Of a stretch of DNA of 64,000 nt, positions 23,901 through 37,400 are shown one piece after another. The notes beneath the pieces were generated by a model. That model saw only the letters and a program-made list of their open reading frames with translations, made no database searches and was not told where the DNA came from. Each line of letters opens with the position of its first letter. The first letter of the stretch is position 1. The DNA is taken from NCBI RefSeq assembly GCF_009914755.1, contig NC_060925.1; one strand, written 5' to 3'. The translations under genes and the position numbers were made by a program. This stretch comes from the human T2T-CHM13v2.0 reference genome, Homo sapiens.

Positions 23901-26900
23901 CAGAGTGCACAAGTATATAAAGCAAATATGAATAGATTTAAAGGAGAGATAAATTCCAATATTGCCATAGTAGAAGACTGTAATACTTCATTCTAAATAA
24001 CGGACAGATGACCTAGTCAGAAAATCAACAAAGAAACATCATAAACTACACACTAGATCAAACAGGTCTCACTGACATTTGCAAAACATTTCACCCAACT
24101 GCTATAGAATACATATTATTTTCACCAGTGCACAGAGCATTCTCCAGAATACACTGTAACTTTGGCTACAAAATATGTCTGAGTACATTTTAAAAAGTAG
24201 AAATTACATCAAGCGTCTTTCCTTTATTCCACAATGGACTAAAACTAGAAATTGATAATAAGAGAAATTTCAGAAATTTCACAAACACATGAAAATTGAA
24301 CAATATGCTCCTGGATGACCAATGGATCAGTGGAGAATTTAAAAATATCTTGACACAAATGAAAATGGAAATTCCACGAACCAAAATTTATAAGATACAT
24401 CAAAAGCTGTGTTAAGAAGAAAGTTTATAGCAATAAAGAGTTATATCAAAAAAGTAGAAATATTTCAAATAAACAACCTGACTATTCATTTCAAGGAACT
24501 AGGAAAGCAAGAACAAACTAAGCTCAAAATTAGCAGAATGAAATAAAAATAATAAAGATCAGAACAGAAATAAAATTGAGACTAAAAAAAATTATAGGAG
24601 ATCAACGAAACAAAAAGTTGGATTTTTGAAAAGATAAAACTGACAAACAATTGGCTAAACTACGAATAAAAACTAAATAGATAACATCAGAAATGAAAAA
24701 GGAGATGTAATGACCGAGACCACAGAAATACAAAGAATTACTAGAGACTATCATTAACAAAAATATCCCAACAAATTGAGAAACCTAGAAAAAATAGATT
24801 CATTTACGCATACATACACACTACCAAAATTGAACCATAAAGAAACAGAAAACCTCAACAAACCATTGGCAAGTAATGAGATAAGAGTCATAATAAGATG
24901 TCTTTTATCAAATAAAAGCCCAGAATCTGACAGTTTTACTGCTGAATTCTACCAAACATTTAAAGAAGAACTAATATCAATTCTACTCAAACTCTGTTCA
25001 AAACATCAAGAGAAAGGAATACTTTTAAATTCATTCTATCAGGCAGGCATTACCTTGATACTGAAACCAGAAAAGGACACAATGAAAAAAGAAGAACTAT
25101 AGGCCAATATCACTGATGAACATAGATGCAAATATTCTCAACAGAATACTAGCTAATGACATTCAACAACATATTAAAAAGACATTCACCATAATCAAGT
25201 GGGATTCAACCCAGGGGTAAAAAGATGGTTCAACATTCACAAGTCAATAAATGTGATATATCATATTAATAGAATCAAGAATAAAAACCATATGATGATT
25301 TCAATTGCTGCCAAAAAAAGTATTTAATAAAATTTAACATCAATTGGTGATAAAAACCCTTATCAAACTGGATATAGAAGGAATATTCCTCAAAATAATA
25401 AAGGCTGTATATGACAAACCCACAACTAAAATCATACTGAATGCGGAAAAAACTGAAGGAATTTCCTCTAAGATCTGGAACCAGTCAATGATGCGTGCTT
25501 TCACCATTTTTATTCAATATAGTATTAGAAGTCCTGGCCATAGCAATTAGGAAAGAGAAAGAAATAAAGGGCATCCAAATTGGAAAGGAAGAAGTCAAAT
25601 TAGCCTTGTTAATTCATGACATGATCCTCTACTTAGAGTAATCTGAAGACTCCACCAAAAATCTGATAGAACTAATAAATTCGGTAAATTTACAGAATAT
25701 AAGATTGACATATAAAAATTAGTAGCATAGCATTTATATACATCAACAGTGAACAATTGAAAAAAGAAATCAAGAAAGTAGTCTCATTTACAATAGCTAC
25801 AAAAATATAAAATATCTAGAAATTAATCTAACCAAAGAAGTGAAAGGTCTATACAACAATACTACAAACACTAATAAAAGGAATTGAAAAGGACACAAAA
25901 AGATGGAAAGATATTCTGTGCCCATGGATTGGAAGAATTATTATTGTTAAAATGACAATACAACTCAAAGCAACTTGAAGATTCAATGCAATCCCTATCC
26001 AAATACTGATGACATTATACACAGAAATAGGAAAAAAAAAATCCTAAAATTTATGTGGAATTCCAACAGACTAAGCAGCCCAAGTATCCTGAGCAAAAAG
26101 AACAAAGCTGGAGGCATCACATTACCTGACTTCAAAATGTATTACAAAGCTGTAGTAACCAAATCAGTATGGTACTGGCATAAAAACAGACACATAGGCC
26201 AACAGAATAGAATGGAGGACTCAAATATAAATTTACATATTTACAGCCAACTCATCTTCAACAAGGTGCCAAGAACATACAATGGGTAAAGGACAGTCTT
26301 TTCAATAAGCGGTGCTGTGAAAACTGGACAACTATATGCAGAAGAATAAAACTAGAACTTTATCTCTCACCACACTAAAAAATCAAATCAAAATGAAGTT
26401 TAAGACTTAAATCTAAAACTTGAAATTATGAAAGTACTAAAGGAAAACATTGGGGAAATGCTCCAGGACACTGGTGTGGGGAAAAATGTTTGTGTAAGAT
26501 CCCAAAAGTACAGGCAATCAAAGCAAAACTAGACCAATGAGATTTCATTAAGCTAAAAAGCTTCTGCACAGCAAAGGAAACAACGAACAAAGTGGAGACA
26601 ACCCACAAAACAATTTAATAGCAAAAATCAAATAATCTAATTTAGAAATGGCTACAAGATATGAATGGACATTTTTTTTTCAAAAGAAGACATACAAAGG
26701 CCAACAGGTATATAAAGAAATGCTCAACATCGCTAATCATCAGAGAAGTGCACATCGAAACTACAGTGAGATATCATCTTGCCCTACTGAAAATGGCTTT
26801 TATCAAAAAGGCAATAACAGATGCTGGCAAGGAGACAGAGAAAAGAGAATTCTTGTACACTGTTGGTGGGAATGTAAATTAGTATAGCCACTATAGAGAA

Positions 26901-27113
26901 CAGTATAGAGGTTCTTTGAAAACTAAAAATAGAACTATTGTATGATCCAGCAATTTCACTACTGGGTATATATTCAAAAGAGAGGAAATATTTAAGGTGA
27001 TGAATATCCCAAGTGCACCGATTTTATCTTTACAAATTATATGAATGTGTTCGATTATCACATGTACCCCAAATTATATACCTCTATTATTCATCATATA
27101 AAAATAAAAATAA
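21000..27113 (+). mobile_element. Near-full-length dead L1 (L1MA4/5-like 3' end)
   Basis: 5' 'ttccaaaatggc', ORF1 relic, ORF2 EN/RT fragments (FTAEFYQTFKEEL; [27 protein letters not shown]), L1MA-type 3' end and A tail; many stops and frameshifts. Confidence 0.93.
22435..22720 (+). mobile_element. Alu inserted in L1 ORF1
   Basis: 19-bp TSD aaaaggttaaa(a/g)acaaaga at 22416-22434 and 22721-22739. Confidence 0.96.
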
Positions 27114-27169
27114 ATGTGTCAGCATTCCTGCCTGATAAATACAAACACACATCAATAACACTTTTTACT

Positions 27170-27770
27170 CATATCATAAATATTATTTGAATTTCTGCTA
27201 TATGCCAGGCAGTATTGTAAGCATTAAGGCCACAGTAGTGAACAAATCAGATAAAGATGTCGTCAAAATAACTTACATTCTACTTGAGTAAGGTGGCCAA
27301 TCAAGATGATAAATTGATTATAAATACATTCAAAATATTAAGTACTATTAAAAAAGAGGATAAGTCTAAGAACCAGGGTTCGGGTTGCATTATGAAGTAT
27401 AATTTACTGACAAATTGAATGTCAGTTGTGTAGAGAGAAAGGAGTCACGAATTACTACATTTTTGGACACAAAACCTGAAAGAATTAAGGGAAATGCCCA
27501 ATAACTGAGATGTGGAAGATCAAAGGAGAATAAGTTTCTTGGGGGGAATATGAGGAGTTCAGGATTCTGTTTTGGATACATTATATTTACAATATCTGTT
27601 AGAAATTCAAATTGAGACATCAGGAAAGTATTTGGATATATAATTTTGGGGATAAGGTGAGATATCTGGGCTGAAGTTGTGCATTTTCAATATACGGATG
27701 TATTTAATGCATTTAACCTGGTTAATGTCACCAAAGGAATGAATGCAAAGAGACTAGAGGCAAAAGTGCT
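27170..27770 (-). mobile_element. L2 fragment
   Basis: 'ctgctatatgccaggcagtattgtaagc...aactgagatgtggaaga...gaggagttcagga..ttttggatacatt' antisense L2. Confidence 0.75.
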
Positions 27771-27785
27771 TTGGAAGAATTTTCT

Positions 27786-29817
27786 TTCTTTTTTTTTTTT
27801 TTTAATTGATCATTCTTGGGTGTTTCTCGCAGAGGGGGATTTGGCAGGGTCATAGGACAATAGTGGAGGGAAGGTCAGCAGATAAACAAGTGAACAAAGG
27901 TCTCTGGTTTTCCTAGGCAGAGGACCCTGCGGCCTTCCGCAGTGTTTGTGTCCCTGGGTACTTGAGATTAGGGAGTGGTGATGACTCTTAACGAGCATGC
28001 TGCCTTCAAGCATCTGTTTAACAAAGCACATCTTGCACTACCCTTAATCCATTTAACCCTGAGTGGACACAGCACATGTTTCAGAGAGCACAGGGTTGGG
28101 GGTAAGGTCACAGATCAACAGGATCCCAAGGCAGAAGAATTTTTCTTACTACAGAACAAAATGAAAAGTCTCCCATGTCTACTTCCTTCTACACAGACAC
28201 GGCAACCATCCGATTTCTCAATCTTTTCCCCACCTTTCCCCCCTTTCTATTCCACAAAACCGCCACTGTCCTCATGGCCCGTTCTCAATGAGCTGTTGGG
28301 TACACCTCCCAGCCGGGGTGGTGGCTGGGCAGAGGGGCTCCTCACTTCCCAGTAGGGGCGGCCGGGCAGAGGTGCCCCTCACCTCCCGGACGGGGCGGCT
28401 GGCCGGGCGGCGGGGCTGACCCCCCACCTCCCTCCCGGAAGGGGCGGCTGGCCGGGTGGGTGGGCTGACCCCCCCACCTCCCTCCCGGACGGGGTGGCTG
28501 GCCGGTCAGGGGGGCTGACCCCCCCCACCTCCCTCCCGGATGGGGTGGCTGGCCGGGCAGGGGGGCTCCTCACTTCCCAGTAGGGGCGGCCGGGCAGAGG
28601 CGCCCCTCACCTCCCGGACGGGGCGGCTGGCCGGGCGGGGGCTGACCCCCACACCTCCCTCCTGGACCGGGCGGCTGGCCGGGCGGGGGACTGACCCCCC
28701 CACCTCCCTCCCGGATGGGGTGGCTGGCTGGGCGGGGGACTGACCCCCCCACCTCCCTCCCGGACAGGGCGGCTGGCCGGGCAGAGGGGCTCCTCACTTC
28801 CCAGTAGGGGCGGCCGGGCAGAGGCGCCCCTCACCTCCCGGATGGGGTGGCTTGCCGGGCAGGGGGCTGACCCCCCCACCTCCCTCCCAGACGGGGCGGC
28901 TGGCCAGGCAGGGGGGCTGACCCCCACCACCTCCCTCCCTGAGGGGGCGGCTGGCCGGGCGGGGGGGCTGACCCCCCCACCTCCCTCCCGGATGGGGTGG
29001 CTGCCGGGCGGAGACGCTCCTCACTTCTCAGACGGGGAGGTCGCCAGGCAGAGGGTCTCCTCACTTCTCAGACGGGGCGGCCGGGCAGAGACGCTCCTCA
29101 CCTCCCAGATGGGGTCGCGGCCGGGCAGAGGCACTCCCCACATCTCAGATGATGGGCAGCCGGGCAGAGACGCTCCTCACCTCCCAGATGGGATGGCGGC
29201 CGGGAAGAGGCGCTCCTCACTTCCTAGATGGGATGGCGGCCGGGCAGAGATGCTCCTCACTTTCCAGACTGGGCAGCCAGGCAGAGGGGCTCCTCACATC
29301 CCAGACGATGGGCAGCCAGGCAGAGACGCTCCTCACTTCCCAGATGGGGTGGCGGCCGGGCAGAGGCTGCAATCTCGGCACTTTGGGAGGCCAAGGCAGG
29401 CGGTTGGGAGGTGGAGGTTGTAGCTAGCCGAGATCATGCCACTGCACTCCAGCCTGGGCACCATTGAGCACTGAGTGAACGAGACTCCGTCTGCAATCCC
29501 AGCACCTCGGGAGGCCGAGGCTGGCGGATCACTAGCGGTTAGGAGCTGGAGACCTGCCCGGCCAACACAGCCAAACCCCGTCTCCACCAAAAAAATACGA
29601 AAACCAGTCAGGCGTGGCGGCGCGAGCCTGCAATCGCAGGCACTCAGCAGGCTGAGGCAGGAGAATCAGGCAGGGAGGTTGCAGTGAGCTGAGATGGCAG
29701 CAGTACAGTCCAGCTTCGGCTCGGCATCAGAGGGAGACCGTGGAAAGAGAGGGAGAGGGAGACTGTGGGGAGGGAGAGGGAGAGGCAGAGGGAGAGGGAG
29801 AGGGAGAGGGAGAGGGA
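27786..29817 (-). mobile_element. Full-length SVA (SVA_D-like)
   Basis: Poly(T), SINE-R (~27804-28310), GC-rich VNTR (~28310-29370), Alu-like region, (CCCTCT)n hexamer (~29745-29817); perfect 14-bp TSD tggaagaattttct at 27772-27785 and 29818-29831. Confidence 0.98.
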
Positions 29818-29849
29818 TGGAAGAATTTTCTATACTCACTGAATTTACT

Positions 29850-31472
29850 TCTCATCTTCTTATTCCCTCCTGAACCCACTGCAGTCTGGATTTTGTCCCA
29901 GCACCCCAGCAAATAAACTCTTGCCAAGAAAGTAGTAACCAGCATGTTGACAAATCCAATGGTCAAAAATCAATCTTCATCATACTCAACCTCTGAGTAC
30001 ATTTGACGCAGTTGATTATGCTCTCCTTCTTGAAAACACTTTCTTCACTGGGATTCTAGGATACCACATGTCCTCCTTGTTTTCCTCTTACCTTACAGAC
30101 CATTTCTCCTAAGCCTCCCTTGTTATTTTTCTTCATCTTCTAAACTTTAAATAATGACATGTTCAACTCTCAGTCCTCAGACATCTTTACTTAAATCATT
30201 CTCCATGTGCTGTCCCCCAATCCAATGACTTTAAATTTTATTAATATGCTAACAACTCCCAAATTTATATTCTACACCTTTTTTTCTTAAATGCCAGACT
30301 TGTACAGTTGCTTATTAGATATTTCCACCTGGATGTTGTCTTTGTTTGAGGGCAGATGCTTGCACTCTATTATTTTATTAAGGAATATTATATCAGGGAT
30401 AAAAAAATAAGGGATAAAGAAAGTGAAGAAGGAAATTAGGGAGAGCCAAAATAAGGATGTATCATGGAGCTAACCACTAAGTGTGACTAGTTCTTCAACA
30501 CTTTGGAACACTGCTGCATTTCAGAATCATGTGTCCATGGAGAATGGGGGAAGAAAATAATCAGTTCCTGTCTCTTGTTGGTCAAGGATTCAACATATGG
30601 GCTATCATTCCTCCCCTCTTACATATATCATATGTGTGAGCAATGTGTGGGGCCTCTGGCATCCTTTATAATGTTGTCTACAGAGAAGTACCAGGGAAGG
30701 AGACAAAATACTTGAGGCAAGGGTGGTAAGTGACACTCTGTGGAGACATGCTAGTTGATAATTTGGAAGACCCTGAACAGTCTGCTGCAGTAAGGTTGGG
30801 TCTGTAATAATATCAGTGGTATGGTGACCTGGCACCAAGACTGTAGAAATAGTTCAAGTAGTTCTTGGTGTACTACCATCAAAAGGTAAGTGTGCCATGC
30901 TGTGTTGATCTGAAGGGTGCATAATTCAACCTATTATAAATGTCTGTAAAATCTTGCATTTTACACATTCAAAATGAATTTCTGATTGTCTACTTCCATA
31001 GACTGTTTCCATAAGAAACAGTTTCCAAAGAAACTGTTTCTTTCATAGTTAATTTCTAATCCCTCCCAACAGATGTTCAGTTTCAAAGTTGGAGTCATCC
31101 TTAACCCTTTTTCTTTCACACTCCATATCTAATCTGTTAGGACATTAGTTATAGCCAACTCACTCTTTGCCCTACATAATGTCTCTTTTAGGTGACTGCA
31201 TAGTCCACCAACAAGGCTTCCTGCTTTTATCTTTGTCTCCTTACAGTAACTCATGTGTCAGGGAAATTCTTTTAAAGTATAAGTCAAATCATGTCTCTCT
31301 TCAGCTCAGAGCTTTATAATGACATCCAAATTCACTCAGGGTTAAGTCCCAGGAACATTTATGGTGCTCTCCTATCTGCTCCCACTCTTATAATTTCTCT
31401 GACTACTCTCCTCCACATTCTCTCAGCACCAATCATACATATTTACTTTCTGTTCCTCAAAAATGCTAAACA
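29850..31472 (+). mobile_element. L2 (sense), interrupted by an ERVL LTR; continues after the L1MA at 39525-39860
   Basis: 'ctcctgaacccactgcagtctgga...ccaatggtca...tccttcttgaaaacactttcttcactggg' L2 ORF2/3' region. Confidence 0.8.
30337..30938 (-). mobile_element. ERVL-class LTR (LTR33/LTR41/LTR16 group)
   Basis: Degenerate similarity ('gggagagccaaaataaggatgtatcatggagctaaccact'); interrupts L2. Confidence 0.5.
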
Positions 31473-34400
31473 GGGGGCAAGCAAGATGGCCAAATAGAAG
31501 GCTCCACCAATCGTCCCTCCTATAAGATCACCAAATTAACGACTATCTAAACACACAAGAAAAGCACATTCATAAGAACCAAAAATCAGGTGAGCACTAA
31601 CAGTACCTGTTTATAAACTCATGTAGCTGAAAGAGGTACTAAGGAGGTTAGGAAACAGTCTTGAATTGCCAATGCCACCCCTCCTCTATCCCCCAGCAGA
31701 AGCTACGTGGTGTGGAGAGAGAATCTATACACTTGGGAGGGGAAGAGTGCAATGATTGTGAGAATGCATTGAACTCAGTGGTGCCCTGTCACAGAAGAAA
31801 GCCAATCTGGGCTGAACTCAGCTGATGCCCACCTACAGAAGGAGTTTTTAAAGCAGCCATAGCCAGAGTGGAATCACCCATCCCAGCAGTCAGAACTCAA
31901 GTTACAGCAAGCCTCGCTACTGGAGGATAAAGGGCTCTGGGGTTCTAAATAAATTTGAAAGTCAGTCTAGGCTACAAGGACTACAATTTCTAGGCAGGTC
32001 CTACTACTGAACTGGGCTTAGAGCCAGTGGATGGGGAAAATGTGATCTATGAGACACCATCTGGGGCTACCAAGGGAGTGCTTGAGCTATCCCTTCCTCA
32101 ATCATAGGCTGCACAGCTCACAGCTCCAAAACAGACCCCTTCCTTCTGCTTGAGGAGAGGAGACAGAAGAGTAAAGGGGGCTTTGTCTGGAATTGTGGAC
32201 ACCAGTTCAGCCACAGTAGGATAGGGTACCAGTCAGATTTGTGAGGTACCCATTCCAGGCCCCAGCTCTCAGCTGACATTTCTAGACACATCAAGGCCAG
32301 AAGGGAACCTGCTACCTTGAAGAGAAGTATCCAATCCTGGAAGGACCCATAACATGCTGAATAAAGAGCTCTTGGGCCCTAAATAACCAGCAGAGATATC
32401 CCAGTATTATGCCTTGGGCCTTGGGTGAGACTCTGAAACTTGCTGGCTTCAGGTGAGACTCAGCACTTTCCCAGCTGTGGTGACTATAGGAAGAAACTCC
32501 TGCTCGAGAAAAGAAAAGGGAAAGTTAAGCAGATTTTGTCTTGCACTTTAGGTACCAGACTGTCCATAGTGGGGTAGAGCACCAAGCAGGCTCTTGGAGT
32601 CCCTGATTCCAAACCTTGGCTCTAGGATGGCATGTCTGGACTTGCCCTAGGCCAGAAGGCAGCTCATTGCCCTGAAGGGTGAGTCCTGAGCCAGGTAGCA
32701 TTCACCAAAAGTTGACTAAAGAGAGTCCGTGGGCTTTAAAGAAACATCAACAGTTGCCTGGAAAGACTCCTCATGGGTGTGTGGTGGTACCCACAGAGTG
32801 AGGCTCCTTTGCATATGAAAAGGGAGGGAAGAGTGGGAAGGACTGCATCTCATGGTTTGAGTGCCAGCTCAGCCACACTACAACAGAATACCAAGGAGAC
32901 TTCTAAGGTTTTTTACTGTAATCTCTGCCTCCCAGGTGACACTTCTGGGTACAGCTGGGGCCTGGGGGGAACTTGCTGCACTGAAAGGAAGGATACAAGC
33001 CTGGCTGGCTTCATTACCTGCTGATTGTAGAGCCCCAGGGCCTTGAGCGAATACAGGCAGTAGTCAGGTAATGGTTACTATTGGCCTTGGATGAACCTCA
33101 GTGCTATGCTTGCTTCAGGTCTGACCCAGCACAGTCCTCCCTGTGGTGGTAGCCACAGGGGTGCTTGTGTCACACCACCCCCAGTTCTAGGCAGCTCAGA
33201 ACCAAGACACTCCATTTATTTGTGAGAAAGTAAGGGAAGAGAACAAAAGTCTCAGCCTGGTAATACAGAGAATTCTTCCACATCTTATGCAACACCATCT
33301 AGGAGGTACCTCCATGAGTCTGCAAGAATCACAGCATTATTAGGTTTGGGGTGCCCAGTAATGCAGATATGGTTTATATCACAACACCCAAGTCCTTTCA
33401 AATACCCAGAACACCTTCCCAAGAAAGACAGGTGTAACAAGTACATACTGTAAAGACTACAATAAATGCCCCACTAACTCTTCAATGCCCAGACACAGAC
33501 AAACATCCAAAAACATCAAGACCATCCAGGAAAATATGACGACACCAAATGAACTAAATAAGGAACCAGAGACCAATCATGGAGTGACAGACATATGTGA
33601 CTTTTCAGACAGAGAAGTCAAGATAGCTGTTTTAAGGAAACTCTAAGGAATTCAAGATAACACAGGGAAGAAATTTAGAATTCTATCAGATAAATTTAAC
33701 AAAGATATCAAAATAATTAAAAAGAATCAAGTAGCAATTATGGAATTGAAAATGCAGCTACACATTGAATAATGTAATAGAATCTTTTAATAGCATAATT
33801 GATCCAGCAGAAGAAAGAATCAGTGAGCTTGAAGACAGGTTATTTGAAAATACACAGATGAGACATAATAAAAATAAAAAAGAATGAAGCATGCCTGCGA
33901 GATATAAAAAAACCCCTCAAACTGGCAAATCTCAGAGTTATTGACCTTAAAGAGATGGTAGAGAAAGAGACAAAGGTAGAAAATGTATTCAAAGGGTAAT
34001 AACAGAGAACTCTCCAAACCTAGTGAAAGATACCAGTACTCAAGAACAAGAAGGTTATACAGCACTGAGCAGATTTAACCCAAGGAAGACTACCTCAAAG
34101 TATTCAATAATCAAAATCCAAAGGTCAAGGATAAAGAAAGCATTCTAAAAGGAGCAAGAGAAAAAGAAACAAATAACATACGATGGTGCTCCAATACATC
34201 TGGCAACAGAATTTTCAGTGGAATACTTATAGGCCAGGAGAGAATGGTATGACATATTTAAAGCACTGAAGGAAAATTTTTTCTTACCCTAGAATAATAT
34301 ATTCAGTGAAAATACCCTTCAAACATGAAGGAGAAATAAAGACTTTCCCCAACAAACAAGAGCTGTGGGATTTCATTAACATCAGACCAGTCCTACACTA

Positions 34401-37400
34401 AATGCTAAAGGGAGTACTTCAGTCAGAAAGAAAAGGACACTAACAGGCAATAAGGAATCATCTGAACATGCAAAACTCACTGGTAATACTAAGTACTCGG
34501 AAAAACACAGAATATCACAGCACTGTAATTGTGATATGTAAACTACTCATAAGTAGAAAAACTTAAAGACAAAACCAATCAAAAATAATAATTACAACTT
34601 TGCAGGACATACACGGTACAATAAGATAAAAATAAAAACAAGAAAGTTATAAAGTGGGAGGACAAAGTTAAAGTGTAGAGTTTTTATTGGTTTTTTTTTT
34701 TTTGCTTGTTTGTTTGCTTGTTCAAATGGTGTTAATTTGTTATAAGCTTAAAATGATGGGTTATAAGACAATATTTGCAAGCCTCATGGTAATCTGAAAT
34801 CAAAAAACATACAACAGATACACAAAAAATAAAAAGAAATCAATTAAACCATATCACTAGAGAAAATCACCTTCTCTAAGAGGAAGACACAAAGGAAGGA
34901 AAGAAGGAAGGAAGAGAAGACCACAAAGCAACCAGAAAACAAATCACAAAATGGCAGGAGTAAGTCTGTACTTATCAATAATAACATTGAATGTAAATGG
35001 ACTAAACTCTCTAATCAAAAGACATAGAGTGGCTGAATGAATTAAAAAAAAACAAACAAACAAGATGCAATGATCTGTTGTCTACAGGAAACACATGTAA
35101 CATATAAAGACACAAGTGCACTGAAAAGGAATGAAAAAAGACATTCCATGCCAATGGAAGACAAAAGAGAGTAGGAGGCACTCCACTTATATCAGACAAA
35201 ATAGATTTCAAGACAAAAACTAAGAAAAGACAAAGAAGGTCAGTATGTAATGATAAAGGAGTCAAATCAGCAAGAAGATGTAACAATTCTAAGTATATAT
35301 ACACCCAACAGTGGAGCACCCACATATAAAAAGCAATTATTAGCGCTAAAGAGAGAGATAGGCCAGAATAAAAGAATAACTGGAGGCTTCAATGCCCCAA
35401 TTTCAGCCTTGGACAGATCACGTAGACAGAAAATCAACAAAGAAACATCAGATTTAATCTGCACTATAAGACCAATTGTATCTAATAGATGTTTACAGAT
35501 TATTTCAACGAATAGCTGCAGAATATGCATTCTTTTCCTCAGCACATGGATTATTCTTAAGGATAGGCCATAGGTTAGGTCACCAAACAAGTCTTAAAAC
35601 ATTCAAAAAATTGAAATAATATCAAGCATCTTTCCCACCATAATGAAATAGAAATCAATAACAAGAGGAATTTTGGAAACTATACAAATACATGTGTATT
35701 CATCCATTTTCACACTGCTATAAAGAACTGCCTGTGACTGGGTAATTTATAAAGCAAAGAGATTTAATTAACTCACAGTTCTGCATGGCTTGGGAGGCCT
35801 CAGTAAGCTTACAATCATGGAGGAAGGGGAAGTAGGAACATCTTACATGGTGGCAAGTGAGAGACAGCATGTGTGGAAAGAACTGTCAAACATGTATAAA
35901 ACCATCGATCTTGTGAGAACTCACTCACTGTAACAAGAACAACATGGGGGAAACCATACCCATGATTCAGTCACCCCCAGCAGGCCCTGCCTTCGACACA
36001 TGGAGATTATGGGTATTACAATTCAAGATGCGATTCTGGTGGGGACACAGAACCAAACCATATCAACACGGAAATTAAACAATATGCTCCTGAATGACCA
36101 GTAGGTCAATGAAGAAATTAAGAAGTAAATTAAAAAGTTTCATGAAACAAATGATGAGGACAACATAACATACCAAAATCTATGGGTTACAGTAGTACAA
36201 ACAGGGAAGTTTTTCACCATAAATGCCTATATCAAAAAAGAACAAATGCTTCAAATAAATGACCTAATGATTCATCTTGAACTAAAAAAGCAAGTGCAAA
36301 TTAAACCCAAAATTAGTAGAAAAAATAATAATGAATAGAGCAGAAATAAATGAAATTGAAATGAACAAAACAATACAAAGGATCAAACAAAAAGTTATTT
36401 TTTTGAAAAGATAAACAAAATTGACAAACCTTTATCCAGACTAAGAAAAAAAGAAAGAAATCCAAATAAATAAAATCTGAGATGAAGAAGGAGACATTTT
36501 AACTGTTACCATAGAAATTTAAAGGATCATTAGTGGCTACTAAGAGCAACTGTATGCTAATAAATTGGAAAATCTAAAAGAAATGGAGGAAATGGATAAA
36601 TGCCTAGACACATACATATGAAGTTTGAATTGAACCATGAAGAAATCCAAAACTTGTACAGACCAATAACAAATAATGAGATATAAGCCATAATAAAAAT
36701 TCTCCAAGCAAAGAAAGTCCATGACCCAATGGCTTTACTGCTGAATTCTACCTAACATTTAAAAAAGAACTAATACCAATCTTACTTAAACTATTCCCAA
36801 AAATAGATGAGGGGGGAATAATTCCAAACTCATTCCGACAGGCTAGTATTACCCTGATAACAAAACCAGACAAAGACACATCAAACAAATATCATAGGCA
36901 TCAAACAAATATTATAGGCCAATATCTCTGATGAATATTGATGCAAAAATTCTAACAAAATACTAGCAAGCTGAATTCAACTACCCATTAAAAATAGCAT
37001 GCATCATGACCAACTGGGATTTATGCCAGGGATGCAAGTCTGCTTCAACATATGCAAATCAATTAATGCAATACATTATAACAACAGAATGAAAGACAAA
37101 AACTATGTGATCATTTCCATTGATGCTGGAAATGCATTTAATAAAAGTCAACATCACCTCATGATAAAAACCCTAAAAAAACTGGGTGTACACAGAACAC
37201 ACCTGAACATAATAAAAGCCACATACATCACACCCACAGCTAGTATTATACGAAATGGGGAAAAACTGAAAGCCTTTTCTCTGAGATGTGGAACAAGACA
37301 AGGATGCCCCCTTCACCACTATTATTCAACGTAGTGCTGGAGGTCCTAGCTAGAGCTATCAGACAAAAGAAAGAAATAAACCACATTCAAATTGAAAAGG

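Noticed and set aside
27810-29966. Many Pro/Gly/Arg-rich ORFs up to 193 aa and a CpG-island-like composition
   Set aside because: All lie inside the SVA VNTR, Alu-like or SINE-R regions; not a gene or gene promoter
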